Positions 1-9,773 of a DNA stretch of 64,000 nt are shown here, piece after piece (the stretch's first letter is position 1; every line of letters starts with the position of its first letter). Made by a program: the position numbers and the translations under genes. This stretch comes from an uncultured delta proteobacterium (lineage in GTDB: Bacteria; Desulfobacterota; Binatia; HRBIN30; BPIQ01): the NCBI GenBank assembly GCA_963761335.1, contig CAVXGR010000018.1:1024001-1088000 (forward strand). Reading direction: 5' to 3'. The notes beneath the pieces were generated by a model. That model did not search any database, was not told where the DNA came from, and saw only the letters and a program-made list of their open reading frames with translations.

Positions 1-443
1 GGCCGCGCCTCGACAGCCTCGACGTCGGCCGCGTCATCACCATCTTTCTCGGCCGGGCGCTGCGGGGTGAGCCCCTGCGGGTGGTGGGCGACGGCACGCA
101 GACGCGCTGCTTCACCTACGTGACCGACGCCGTGCGCGCCACGGTCGCCGCCGGAGTGGGGGAGGGGACCGATGGCGAGGCCTTCAACATCGGCACCGAC
201 ACCGAGACGACCATCCTCGAGCTGGCGCGACAGATCGTCGAGATCACCGGCTCGAAGAGCGCGATCGAGCTGACGCCGCAGGAGGCGGTGTACGGCAACA
301 GCTACGAGGACGTGCCGCGGCGCGTTCCCGACATCACCAGGATGCACGAGATCCTCCGCGTACGCGCCGAGATTCCGCTCCACGACGGCCTGCGGCGGAC
401 CATCGAGTGGTTCGGCAGTGAGCTGCGCTCCGGCTCGCGCTAG
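1..443 (+). CDS. NAD-dependent epimerase/dehydratase (UDP-glucuronate decarboxylase-like), 5' end outside the window
   Basis: The frame is open from the window edge (PRLDSLDVGRVITIFLGRAL...GDGTQTRCFTYVTD...FNIG...RRVPDI), a typical extended-SDR C-terminus. Confidence 0.85.
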   Translation, partial: PRLDSLDVGRVITIFLGRALRGEPLRVVGDGTQTRCFTYVTDAVRATVAAGVGEGTDGEAFNIGTDTETTILELARQIVEITGSKSAIELTPQEAVYGNSYEDVPRRVPDITRMHEILRVRAEIPLHDGLRRTIEWFGSELRSGSR

Positions 444-470
444 CGGTGCCGCGGTTGTAGCTTCGACCCC

Positions 471-920
471 ATGAGCGACAGCAGAGCGGAACCCGCCGTG
501 CCGCAGGGGCTCGGCGCCAGCGGCTTCGATGAGGCCATGGGCTTTCGCTTCGTGCGCGCCAGTCGCGACGAGGTGGTTCTCGAGTACGACATCGACGACC
601 GTCATCGGCAGCCCTATGGCATCGTCCACGGAGGCGTGCACTGCGCCATCGTCGAGACCGCCTGCTCCACCGGCGCCGGGCTCGATGCCCGGGCGCGCGG
701 CCAGGCGGTGGTCGGCGTCGAGAACCACACCAGCTTCATCCACGCGATTCGTTCCGGCCGCGTGCGGGTCACGGCGAGACCGCTGACCCGCGGCCGCCGC
801 ACCCAGGTGTGGGAGGCGACCGCCCACGACCAGGATGGTCGCCTGATCTCCACCGGCCGCGTGCGTCTTCTCTGCCTCGACCCGGGCACCGAGCTGGCCG
901 GGCGGACGGTCGAGCGGTAG
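471..920 (+). CDS. PaaI family (hotdog-fold) thioesterase
   Basis: QPYGIVHGG motif and GRRTQVW; 149 aa. Confidence 0.9.
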   Translation: MSDSRAEPAVPQGLGASGFDEAMGFRFVRASRDEVVLEYDIDDRHRQPYGIVHGGVHCAIVETACSTGAGLDARARGQAVVGVENHTSFIHAIRSGRVRVTARPLTRGRRTQVWEATAHDQDGRLISTGRVRLLCLDPGTELAGRTVER

Positions 921-940
921 TGCCGGTTGTCGTCCGACGC

Positions 941-1054
941 CATTCTCATTCCCGGTTCTCATCCCGTCGTTTTCCATCTTCTCAGCGCCGGGGATCTGGC
1001 TGCCGCCTGCAGGGCAACGGAGAACGACGGGATGAGAACCGGGAATGGGGAATG
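941..1054. repeat. REP/MITE-like long inverted repeat (family A)
   Basis: CATTCTCATTCCCGGTTCTCATCCCGTCGTTTTCC pairs with GGAGAACGACGGGATGAGAACCGGGAATGGGGAATG. Related copies lie at about 26539, 28961 and 47543. Confidence 0.8.
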
Positions 1055-1108
1055 CAGCCCATTCACAACGACTGCCCGTCGATTTTCACGCCGCGGCGGG
1101 CGCGGATT

Positions 1109-1242
1109 CCCTCTCCCGCATTGTTTCGCGGGAGAGGGTCAGGGCGAGGGTTCCGATCTTCTTGAACGCCGCAGAAATCGCGAACTCTCAGGAAGGACCC
1201 CTCACCTTGTTTCTCTCCCCGCGAAAAGAATGCGGGGAGAGG
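1109..1242. repeat. Paired hairpin REP-like element (CCCTCTCCC...GGGAGAGGG type)
   Basis: CCCTCTCCCGC-loop-GCGGGAGAGGG is followed by an inverted second hairpin, CTCTCCCCGC-loop-GCGGGGAGAG. Confidence 0.65.
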
Positions 1243-1319
1243 AGACCGTTGCGCGAGGCGGCGGGAGATAGTTGCAGAGTCGGATCGGCAAACCGGGACA
1301 GTGCAGAGCTCGCGTCCCG

Positions 1320-1356
1320 TTGACATAGTGAAACGTTTGTTTTAAACGACCGTTTC
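1320..1356 (+). promoter_or_regulatory. Sigma70-like promoter overlapped by a palindromic operator (probable autoregulatory TetR site, leaderless start)
   Basis: TTGACA (1320-1325)-N17-TAAACG. The inverted repeat GAAACG-N3-GTTTTAAAC-N3-CGTTTC (1330-1356) abuts the GTG start, and no SD is visible. Confidence 0.7.
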
Positions 1357-2031
1357 GTGGCCCGAAGCGACGCCAACAACACCAAGGTGCGGCTGATCGC
1401 CGCGGCCGGCGCCCTGTTCGCCGAGCGCGGCTTTCACGCCAGCACCATGCGCGAGATCGCCGTACGTGCCGGCGTCAACCTGGCGGCGGCGAACTACCAC
1501 TTCGGCTCGAAGCGGGCCCTCTACCTCGAGGTGCTGCGGCAGCAGTTCGCCGAGGTCCGCACCGAGCTCGAGCAGCGCGGTGCGGCGCTGCCGGGGAAGG
1601 GCTCCGGCGGGCGCTTGCCGGCGCGGCAGCTGCGCGCCGTGTTGGAGGCCCGCACCCGTGCCATGCTCGACCTCATGGTCGGCCCGCCGCCCGGGGTGCA
1701 CGGCACCCTCATGCAGCGGGAGATGACCGATCCCAGCGAGGCGATTCCGGTGATTGCCGCCGAGTTCATTGCGCCGATGGCGGACGAGCTGAGGGAGATC
1801 ATCGCTCTCATGGAGCCGCGCCTGGCCGGCGCCGCCCTCGACCGCTGCGTCTACAGCATCGTCGGGCAGGCGGTGTTCTATCGCTTCGCCATGCCGGCAA
1901 TGCTGCATCTGCTCGGCCGCGATTCTTATCCGCGCGGCTTCAGCGGCGCTCTGGCGCGGCACATCACCATCTTCTCGATCGGCGGCATGAGCGCTCTGGC
2001 GGAGGAGAAAGGCAAGGGGGATGCGCTCTGA
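1357..2031 (+). CDS. TetR/AcrR family regulator with CecR/YbiH-like C-terminal domain
   Basis: HTH segment LFAERGFHASTMREIAVRAGVNLAAANYHFGSK; first gene of the efflux operon. Confidence 0.9.
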   Translation: MARSDANNTKVRLIAAAGALFAERGFHASTMREIAVRAGVNLAAANYHFGSKRALYLEVLRQQFAEVRTELEQRGAALPGKGSGGRLPARQLRAVLEARTRAMLDLMVGPPPGVHGTLMQREMTDPSEAIPVIAAEFIAPMADELREIIALMEPRLAGAALDRCVYSIVGQAVFYRFAMPAMLHLLGRDSYPRGFSGALARHITIFSIGGMSALAEEKGKGDAL

Positions 2032-3523
2032 TTCGCGGCTGGTGCTGGCCTTCTGCTTCGCCGTGGCCGCGGCGCTCGCCGGCTGTGGCGCCGTTTCCTC
2101 GCTGACGCGTCCGGAAGGCGATGGCGGCTGGGACGCGGCGCGGCGGCGCCACGAGCTGGCGCAACGCGCCGCCGTCGCCGGCGTCGAGCTCGGGCTTGCC
2201 GAGACGGCCGCGACGCCGACCCCGGAGATCCCCGCTCGTTTCGATCTGCAGACGGCGCTGCAGACGGCGGCGCGCCGCAATCGCGAGATTGCCGCTGCCG
2301 AGCTGCAGGTGGAGGAGGCGCGGCAGCGGACCTTCGAGGCGCGCGGTCTCCTGCTTCCCGCCACCACCGCCAGCGGACGATATACCTGGTACACCGACTC
2401 ACAGACGACGCGTGTCAACTTCCCGCCCGGCCTTCTTCCGGAGGGCACGACGACCACGCCCGATGTCGTCGTGCGCGAGGCCGAGAACGGCACGGTCAAC
2501 GGCACGCTGACCTTGCCCCTCGATCTCTCCGGCGAGATCCGCCACGCTCTGGCCGCGGCGCAGGCGGGCTATCGCGGCGAGAAGGCGCGGCTGTGGGCCA
2601 CCACCCTGGCGCAGCAGCTCGCCGTGGTGCGCGCCTATTTCTCCTTGCTCGAAGCGGAGCGCCTGCGCGAGGTCACCGAGCAACGCCTGGGACTCTTCCG
2701 CCAGCAGCTCAACAACGCGCAGAGCCTCTTCGACAACGGCCGCGCCACCAAGAACGAGCTGCTGGTCGTGCAGGTGGCGCTGCGCAACGCCGAGCAGGAG
2801 AGGCTGCAGCGCGACATCGCCATCGACCAGCAGCGCTGGGCCTTCAACCGCGCCGTCGGCCTGCCGGTCGACGCGCCCACCGAGGTCGTCGACGTGCGCG
2901 CCCGACCGCAGCTGCCCACCGCCGCCGAGGCTCTGCGCCAGGCGGCGCTGCACAACCCGGCGCTCGCCGCACTGCTCGAGGAGCAGCAGCGATTGCAGCA
3001 GACGCTGGTCTCGCTGCGGCGCAGCCGGGCGCCGCGCTTCTCCTCCGGTGCCGCCATCGATTACTCGAGCTCGGGTCTAGTGCAGCCGGAGGAGATCGGC
3101 TCCGGCTTCGTCGGCTTCGAGTGGGACCTCGGCACCGACACGCGCCGGGAGGCGCGCATCGCCGCGGCGCACGCCGCCGCCGAGCGCAACCGCGTGCTCA
3201 CCGAGCAGCAGCTACGCGAGCTCGAGACCGGAGTGCGTTTGGCGCAGCGTGCCGCCGAGGAACGCCTGGCGGCGCTCGGAGCCGCGGAAGCGGCGGTCGG
3301 TCAGGCGGAGGAGAACCTGCGCATTCGCCAGCAACAGTTCGACGCCGGCCGGGCGACCAGCGATGACGTTCTCGAAGCGGAGTCGCTGCTCACCGGGCAG
3401 CGCGCCACTCTCGCCAGCGCTCTGTACGAGGCCCATATCCGCCGCGCCGAGCTGCAGCAGCTGATCGGGCTGCCGCTGGATGCCGACTGGGAGGCGCCGC
3501 CGCCCGAGGGCGATACGAGGTAG
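2021..3523 (+). CDS. TolC family outer-membrane efflux lipoprotein
   Basis: Lipobox LAGC; two OEP repeats (FDNGRATKNELL, FDAGRATSDDVLEA). Confidence 0.9.
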   Translation: MRSDSRLVLAFCFAVAAALAGCGAVSSLTRPEGDGGWDAARRRHELAQRAAVAGVELGLAETAATPTPEIPARFDLQTALQTAARRNREIAAAELQVEEARQRTFEARGLLLPATTASGRYTWYTDSQTTRVNFPPGLLPEGTTTTPDVVVREAENGTVNGTLTLPLDLSGEIRHALAAAQAGYRGEKARLWATTLAQQLAVVRAYFSLLEAERLREVTEQRLGLFRQQLNNAQSLFDNGRATKNELLVVQVALRNAEQERLQRDIAIDQQRWAFNRAVGLPVDAPTEVVDVRARPQLPTAAEALRQAALHNPALAALLEEQQRLQQTLVSLRRSRAPRFSSGAAIDYSSSGLVQPEEIGSGFVGFEWDLGTDTRREARIAAAHAAAERNRVLTEQQLRELETGVRLAQRAAEERLAALGAAEAAVGQAEENLRIRQQQFDAGRATSDDVLEAESLLTGQRATLASALYEAHIRRAELQQLIGLPLDADWEAPPPEGDTR

Positions 3524-3525
3524 AG

Positions 3526-4566
3526 ATGCCGAAACAACTGCTCATCATTCCGGTGCTGCTCGTGGCCGCCGGCACCGCGGCCTTCTTCTATGTGCGCGGC
3601 GATCAGGCGCCGCCGCACTACACCGGCTTCGTCGAAGGCGAGGAGCGCATCCTCCGCAGCGAGGTCAGCGGTCGCGTCCTCGAGGTGAGCTTCGCCGAGG
3701 GCGACCGGGTTCCCGCCAATGCGGTGATCGCCCGGCTCGACGACGCCGACATCGCTGCCCGTATCCACTCCAAGGAAGAGGAGCTGTCCGTGGTCGATGC
3801 CGAGATGCGCACGCAGAGTGAACGCGTGGAAGTGGTCGACAGCACCTGGCAGCGGGAGATGGCGGCGCGCCAGGCGGAGCTGCAGCAGGCCGAGTCGGCG
3901 GCGGATCTGGCGGAGCGCACCCTCGGGCGCGAGCAGGAGCTGGTGAAGACCGGCGCCAGCACGGCGCAGCGGCTCGACGACGAGCGCGCCCGCCGCGACC
4001 AGGCGCACAGCGCCGTGGTTCGCCTGCGCGAGGTGCTGGCGCGGACGCGCGCCGAAGGGGGCAACGTGGACCTGGCGCGCCACGAGCTGGAGGCACTGCG
4101 GCAGAAGCGCGATCTCGCCGAGGCGCAGCTGGGAGAGCTGAAGGTGACCCAGGCGAAGTACGCCATTCACGCGCCGGCCACCGAGACGGTGGCGCAGACG
4201 CAGTTCATCTGGCCCGGAGAGCTGGCGCAGCCGGGCACGGCGATGCTCTCCGTGCTCGATCCGCAGGACAAGTACGTGCAGATATACGTACCCGTCGCCG
4301 AGGTCGGCCAGCTGCGCGTCGGCCAGCGGGTCGAGATCGAGCTCGACAGTCTTCCCGGGCATCGCGTGCCCGGCGAGGTGAGCTTTGTCGCCGACAAGGC
4401 AAACTTCACTCCCGAGAAGATCGAGACGCGCAGCGACCGCATGGGCCAGGTGTATCGCGCCAAGGTGCGCATCCTCGAAGGCGTCGACCGCTTTCAGCCG
4501 GGCACCGAAGGCAACGTGTACCTGGAGGAAGGGTCGTCGCGACGGGCGGCCGAGCCTCGGGGCTAG
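3526..4566 (+). CDS. HlyD family membrane fusion protein (YbhG-like)
   Basis: N-terminal TM segment, lipoyl-like half motifs, coiled coil and the ANFTPEKIETRSDR motif. Confidence 0.9.
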   Translation: MPKQLLIIPVLLVAAGTAAFFYVRGDQAPPHYTGFVEGEERILRSEVSGRVLEVSFAEGDRVPANAVIARLDDADIAARIHSKEEELSVVDAEMRTQSERVEVVDSTWQREMAARQAELQQAESAADLAERTLGREQELVKTGASTAQRLDDERARRDQAHSAVVRLREVLARTRAEGGNVDLARHELEALRQKRDLAEAQLGELKVTQAKYAIHAPATETVAQTQFIWPGELAQPGTAMLSVLDPQDKYVQIYVPVAEVGQLRVGQRVEIELDSLPGHRVPGEVSFVADKANFTPEKIETRSDRMGQVYRAKVRILEGVDRFQPGTEGNVYLEEGSSRRAAEPRG

Positions 4567-4569
4567 ACC

Positions 4570-5532
4570 ATGGAAGAGACGGCGGCGGCAGCGGCACCTC
4601 TGGTGAAGGTGCGCGGCCTGGGCAAACGTTTCGGGCGGCACGCGGCGCTCTCCGGCATCAACCTGACTCTGCATGCGGGGCAGATCGTCGGCGTGGTCGG
4701 ACCCGACGGCGCCGGCAAGACGACGCTGATTCGCTCGCTCGCCGGCCTGCTGGAGATCGAGGCCGAGGAGGCGGTGGTGCTCGGCTGGGATCTGCGCGGC
4801 GAGGTCACGGCGCTGAAGGCGCAGATCGGTTACGTGCCGCAGGCGTTCAGCCTGCAGCGCGACCTGTCCGTGATCGAGAATCTGCGCTTCACCGGCCGCC
4901 TGCACCGCATGGACGCCGAGTCGTTTCGGCTTCGCAGCGGCGAGCTGCTGGAGCGCACCGGTCTGGCGCTGTTTGCCTCCCGCCCCGCCGGTGCCCTCTC
5001 CGGAGGCATGAAGCAGAAGCTGGCGGTCGCCAACGCCCTGCTCATGCGCCCGCGGCTGCTGCTGCTCGACGAGCCCACCGCCGGCGTCGACGTCACGGCT
5101 CGCGCCGAGATCTGGTCGATGCTGGAGCAGGAGGGACGAAGAGCCCTGGTGCTCATCAGCACCAGCTATCTGGACGAAGCCGCCAGCTGCGATCGCCTCG
5201 TCTATCTCGACGGCGGGCGGCTGGTGGCCATGGGCTCGCCGGCGGAGCTGCGTGCCTCGGTCGCCCTCGAGCTGTACCGCGCCTGGGGCGAGAACCCGCG
5301 CGCCATCGCCCGCGCCGCCCGCGATCTCGGCTATGTCGAAGGGGCGCGCGCCACCGGGCGATTTGCCCGCATCGAGGTGAGCGCCGCAACCTCTCCCGGA
5401 GCGGAAGCGGTGCTGCGCGATCTGCGCGCCTTGCCGCAGGGGCGTGTCGGCTTTGCCGAGGCGGCGCCGATCGACATGGAATCGACACTCCTGGCGCTGG
5501 CGCGGGCGCCGCAGCAGGAGGCGCATGCCTGA
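4570..5532 (+). CDS. ABC transporter ATP-binding protein
   Basis: Walker A GPDGAGKTT, signature LSGGMKQK, Walker B LLLLDEP. Confidence 0.92.
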   Translation: MEETAAAAAPLVKVRGLGKRFGRHAALSGINLTLHAGQIVGVVGPDGAGKTTLIRSLAGLLEIEAEEAVVLGWDLRGEVTALKAQIGYVPQAFSLQRDLSVIENLRFTGRLHRMDAESFRLRSGELLERTGLALFASRPAGALSGGMKQKLAVANALLMRPRLLLLDEPTAGVDVTARAEIWSMLEQEGRRALVLISTSYLDEAASCDRLVYLDGGRLVAMGSPAELRASVALELYRAWGENPRAIARAARDLGYVEGARATGRFARIEVSAATSPGAEAVLRDLRALPQGRVGFAEAAPIDMESTLLALARAPQQEAHA

Positions 5533-6455
5533 GCCGATCATTCGGGCGCGCGGTCTGACCAAGCGCTTCGGCGACTTCATCGCCGTCAACGATCTCTCGA
5601 TCGAGGTGCAGCCCGGCACCATCTTCGCCTTCCTGGGCGCCAACGGCTCCGGGAAGAGCACCACCATCCGTATGTTGATCGGCTTGCTGCAGCCGAGCGG
5701 CGGCGCCATCGAGGTGGACGGCATCGACGTCATCCGACAGCCGCGTCGCGTCCGCGATCACATCGGCTACATGGGCCAGAAGGTCAGCCTGTACGCCGGC
5801 CTGTCCCTGCGCGAGAACGTCGAGTTCTACGCCGGCTTGTACGGCCTCTCGGGCGGCGAGCTCGAACGGCGCTGGGGAGCCCTGCGCGAGCGCTTCTCGC
5901 TGGGCGACACGGAGGACGAGAAGGCGCAGGATCTCCCCGGCGGCATCCGCCAGCGCGCCGGTCTGGCGCTCAGCACCCTGCACCAGCCGCGGGTCCTCTT
6001 TCTCGACGAGCCCACGGCCGGTGTCGATGTGCACAACCGCGGCCTCTTCTGGGAGCTGATCCAGGACGAGGCGCAGATGGGGGTCACCGTCTTCGTCACC
6101 ACACACTTTCTCGAAGAGGTCGACTACTGCGACTGGGTCAGCTTCATCCACGAGGGCCGCCTGATCGCCGACGACGCCCCCGAAGCCCTGCGCGGCGAGT
6201 ACTCCGCGGGATACCGCATCTCCGTCGAGGCGCCCGCCGAGGCGCGCCAGCGGCTGCGGCTTCTGGTCGCCGGCGCCGGCGAGACGGCGCGCGACACCGA
6301 GAGCGGCTTCGAGCTCATGGCGCCGCGGCCTGGACGACGAGCTGCTCGCCCGGCTCGAGGAGCTGCGCGAGAGCGGCGCTCGCGTGCACATCGAGCAGGC
6401 GCCGATGACCGATGTCTTTCGCGCCGTGCTGGCGCGCTCGCAGAGGGCAGCGTGA
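5525..6455 (+). CDS. ABC transporter ATP-binding protein (one frameshift near 6325)
   Basis: GANGSGKST, LPGGIRQR, VLFLDEP. The plausible C-terminus LDDELLARLEELRESGARVHIEQAPMTDVFRAVLARSQRAA* lies in another frame and ends at a TGA overlapping the next GTG. Confidence 0.85.
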
Positions 6456-7585
6456 ACTGGCGGCGGCTTCGCACCCTGATGCGGCGCGAGGTGCTGGCCA
6501 CCTTCCGCGATCCGTTCACCGTCACCATCCTGGTGGCCGTGCCGCTGGCGGCACTGCTGGTCTTCGGCTTCGTTCTCTCCACCGAGGTCAAGGGTCTTGC
6601 GATGGGCGTGCGCGACGCCAGCGACAGCGCGGCCAGCCGGCGGCTGGTGGCCGACCTGGCGGCGAACGGCACCTTCGTCCCCCGCGGCTACGCCACCGCA
6701 GGTGAGCTCGAGCGCGCTCTGGTCTCCGGCGACATCAGCGTCGGGGTGGTCGTGCCGCCCGACTTCGACCGCGACCTGGGCCGCTCCGGAGTGGAGAGCC
6801 CGCAGGTTCAGGTCCTCTACGACGGCGGCGAGGCGGTGCTCGCCGGCAACGCCGAAGGGTTCCTGCGCAGCCTGGTCAATGCCACCGGCGTCGACCTGCT
6901 CACCTCCCGGCGCCTGCCTCCCCACGGGCCGGGGCGTTCCGACCACGGCGTCGGTGTGGTCACCCGAGCCCTCTTCAACCCGACGCTCGACGGCAAGCCG
7001 TTCATGGTGGCCGGGACTTTCGGCTTCGTCCTCTCCTTTCTGACCACCCTGATCACCGCGGTCTCGATCGTCACCGAGAGGCTGACCGGTACCTTCGAGC
7101 AGCTGCAGGTGACCCCGGCGACGTCGCTGGAGATATTCCTCGGCAAGATCCTTCCCCTGGGCGGCGTCTTCGCGCTCGACGTCGTCCTCATGGTCGTGGT
7201 CGCCGGCCTGGCGCTGCACGTCTGGCCTGCCGGCAGCGCTCTGTTCTTCATCACCGTTTCCTCGTTTTACGTGCTGGTGTCGCTGTCGCTGGGGCTGATC
7301 ATCTCGGCGACCTCGCAGACGGCGGCGGAGGCGGTGCAGAAGAGTGTCCTCTTCAGCATCCCGCTGGTGCAGCTGAGCGGCTTCGCCTTTCCCATTCGCA
7401 ACATGCCCACCGTGGTACAGTGGATCGCCGAGGTCTTTCCGGCGACCCATTACATTCGCATCAGCCGCGCCATCTACATGCGCGGCGAGGGACCGCTCGG
7501 CCTCGCCGGCGAGCTGGGCCTGCTGGCGGTGTTCGCCCTGCTGCTGATGGCGTTCGCCCTGCGCAGCATCGAGGCGCGCCGATGA
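6452..7585 (+). CDS. ABC-2 type permease (YbhS/R-like)
   Basis: GTGA-coupled start VNWRRLRTLMRRE; ERLTGTFEQLQVTP motif; multiple TM helices. Confidence 0.9.
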   Translation: MNWRRLRTLMRREVLATFRDPFTVTILVAVPLAALLVFGFVLSTEVKGLAMGVRDASDSAASRRLVADLAANGTFVPRGYATAGELERALVSGDISVGVVVPPDFDRDLGRSGVESPQVQVLYDGGEAVLAGNAEGFLRSLVNATGVDLLTSRRLPPHGPGRSDHGVGVVTRALFNPTLDGKPFMVAGTFGFVLSFLTTLITAVSIVTERLTGTFEQLQVTPATSLEIFLGKILPLGGVFALDVVLMVVVAGLALHVWPAGSALFFITVSSFYVLVSLSLGLIISATSQTAAEAVQKSVLFSIPLVQLSGFAFPIRNMPTVVQWIAEVFPATHYIRISRAIYMRGEGPLGLAGELGLLAVFALLLMAFALRSIEARR

Positions 7586-8736
7586 GCGAGACCGCGGCCG
7601 GCGGCGACGCGGGGCGGGGGAGGTTCTGGTCGAACGTCGGCGCCGTGGCCTACAAGGAGGCCAGCATCCTGCGCCACGATCGCGCCCTGATGGCGACCGT
7701 GGTGGCGCAGCCGATCATGATGTTGCTGCTCTTCGGCTTCGCGCTGTCGAACAAGCCGCTGAACGTGCCGTGGGCGGTGCTCGACCGCAGCCAGACGGCC
7801 GAATCGCGGCGTCTGGTGGCCGAGATCGAGGCGACCGGATATTTCCTGACGCCGCAACGGATCGGCAGCTACGACCGCGGCCGGACGCTGCTGCAGCGCG
7901 GCGAGGCGCTGGCCTTGCTGGTGGTGCCGGAGAATTTCCGGCGCGACATGGAACGCCGCACGCCGCAGGTGCAGGTGCTCGTCGACGGCAGCGATCCCCT
8001 CTCCGCGGCGCGCGTTGCCGGCTACATCGGTCAGGTGGCCGGCGCCTTCGACCTCGCCGGCCTGCCGTCGCGGTCACCGGTGGCGGTGCGCGGCCCGATC
8101 GACGTGCGCCAGCGGTTCTGGTTCAACGCCACCCTCGCCGATCGCGAGTTTTTTCTGGCGGCACTGGCGGGAATGCTGCTGACCAATCTCTGTCTCTCGG
8201 CGATGAGTCTCGGTCTGGTGGCGGAGCGGGAGAGCGGCACCTACGAGCAGATGCTGTCGCTGCCGACGACGCCGATCGAGCTGGTCCTCGGCAAGCTGGT
8301 GCCCTTCGTGGGCCTGAGCTACGGCATCCTCATCTTCGCCACCGTCGCCAGCGGCGTCGTCTTCGGGATCTGGCCCGAGGGCAGCTGGACGGCGCTGTTC
8401 GCGGTGACCTTGCCGTTCGTGCTCGCCTCTCTGGCCATCGGCATCTTCGTCTCGGCGCTGGCGCACACCTCGGCGCAGGCCGTCTTCATCTCGGTGTTCT
8501 TCATCCTGCCCTCGTTCGTGCTCTCCGGGGTGATGTTCCCCTACCAGTTCATGCCCCACGGCGTGCGCGAGCTGGGCGGCATCTTCCCGCTGCGCTGGTA
8601 TCAGATCGCCCTGCGGCGTGTCATCGAGCGCGGCGCCGGACTGCTCGAGGTCACCGTGCCGCTGCTGGCGCTCGGCGCCATCTTCGCCGTCATGCTCGTC
8701 GGCATTCGCTGGCGCCTGAAGCCGCGCCTGGGGTGA
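7582..8736 (+). CDS. ABC-2 type permease (YbhS/R-like)
   Basis: ATGA-coupled start MSETAAG; ERESGTYEQMLSLP; LSGVMFP; multiple TM helices. Confidence 0.9.
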   Translation: MSETAAGGDAGRGRFWSNVGAVAYKEASILRHDRALMATVVAQPIMMLLLFGFALSNKPLNVPWAVLDRSQTAESRRLVAEIEATGYFLTPQRIGSYDRGRTLLQRGEALALLVVPENFRRDMERRTPQVQVLVDGSDPLSAARVAGYIGQVAGAFDLAGLPSRSPVAVRGPIDVRQRFWFNATLADREFFLAALAGMLLTNLCLSAMSLGLVAERESGTYEQMLSLPTTPIELVLGKLVPFVGLSYGILIFATVASGVVFGIWPEGSWTALFAVTLPFVLASLAIGIFVSALAHTSAQAVFISVFFILPSFVLSGVMFPYQFMPHGVRELGGIFPLRWYQIALRRVIERGAGLLEVTVPLLALGAIFAVMLVGIRWRLKPRLG

Positions 8737-8777
8737 GGGGGGATGGGTGTTGAGGTGGTGAGGTGTTGCCTGTTGGG

Positions 8778-8827
8778 GAAGAAGTAGAGGAGGCGTCTCG
8801 TCTCCGCGGAGGGGCGGCGGGGGAGTC
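8778..8827. repeat. Solo partial copy of the 12.1-12.9 kb repeat unit
   Basis: GAAG(A)AGTAGAGGAGGCGTCTCG...GGCGGCGGGGGAGTC matches the linker of the array. Confidence 0.65.
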
Positions 8828-8873
8828 TTGCCCGCGTCTTGCCCAAGAAGGCGCGGAGCGGTATCCCCAACCC

Positions 8874-9773
8874 ATGCCAATCGCGAAAGCCAACGGAATC
8901 GACATCTGTTACGAGAGCTTCGGCGAGCCGAGCGGCCGGCCGCTGCTGCTGGTGATGGGGCTGGGGACGCAGATGCTCGGCTGGCACGAGGAGTTCTGCG
9001 AGCAGCTGGTGGCCCGCGGCCACTGGGTGACCCGTTTTGACAACCGCGACATCGGCCAGTCGTCGCAGCTCGACGAGCTGGGCATCCCGGACGTGCCAGC
9101 GGCGATGGCCGCGGCGTTTCAGGGCGGCGAGATCAAGGCGCCTTATCTCCTGCGCGACATGGCGGCGGATGCGGTCGGTCTCATGGACGCCCTGGGGATC
9201 GACTCGGCCCACGTGGTCGGCGCCTCCATGGGCGGCATGATCGTGCAGGCGATGGCGATCGATTTCCCGTCGCGGGTGCGCAGCCTGACGTCCATCATGT
9301 CGACCACCGGCGAGCGCACCCTGCCGCAGTCGCAGCCCGAGGCCATCGGCGCCCTGTTGGTGCCGCCGCCGCCGGATCGCGAAGGCGCCATCCAGCGCAA
9401 CGTCGACATCTTTCGCACCATCGGCAGCCCCGGCTTTCCGTTCGAGGAGGAGCGTATCCGCGAGCGCGCCGGCCTGTCCTACGACCGCGGCTTCAACCCC
9501 GCCGGTGTCGCCCGCCAGCTGATGGCCATCATCGCTTCCCCGAGCCGGCGCGAGGCGCTGCGCCGGGTGAAGATCCCGGCGCTGGTGATCCACGGCAAGG
9601 CGGATCCGCTGGTGCCGGTCGAGGGCGGCATCGACACGGCCGAGGCGCTGCCCAACGCCGAGCTCATGCTCATCGACGGCATGGGACACGATCTGCCGTC
9701 GCCGCTGTGGCCGCGCCTGGTCGAGGCGATCTCGGCGCTCACGGAGCGCGCCGAGGCGGCGCGACGGTCGTGA
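8874..9773 (+). CDS. Alpha/beta hydrolase (LipG-like esterase)
   Basis: Nucleophile motif GASMGG, HGKADPLV, GMGHDLP; RFDNRDIG. Confidence 0.9.
   Translation: MPIAKANGIDICYESFGEPSGRPLLLVMGLGTQMLGWHEEFCEQLVARGHWVTRFDNRDIGQSSQLDELGIPDVPAAMAAAFQGGEIKAPYLLRDMAADAVGLMDALGIDSAHVVGASMGGMIVQAMAIDFPSRVRSLTSIMSTTGERTLPQSQPEAIGALLVPPPPDREGAIQRNVDIFRTIGSPGFPFEEERIRERAGLSYDRGFNPAGVARQLMAIIASPSRREALRRVKIPALVIHGKADPLVPVEGGIDTAEALPNAELMLIDGMGHDLPSPLWPRLVEAISALTERAEAARRS

Noticed and set aside
5444..7585. Apparent 713-aa ATPase-permease fusion
   Set aside because: The linker is Arg/Ala-rich off-frame sequence. A frame change near 6325 restores a normal ATPase C-terminus ending in a GTGA overlap with the permease start.
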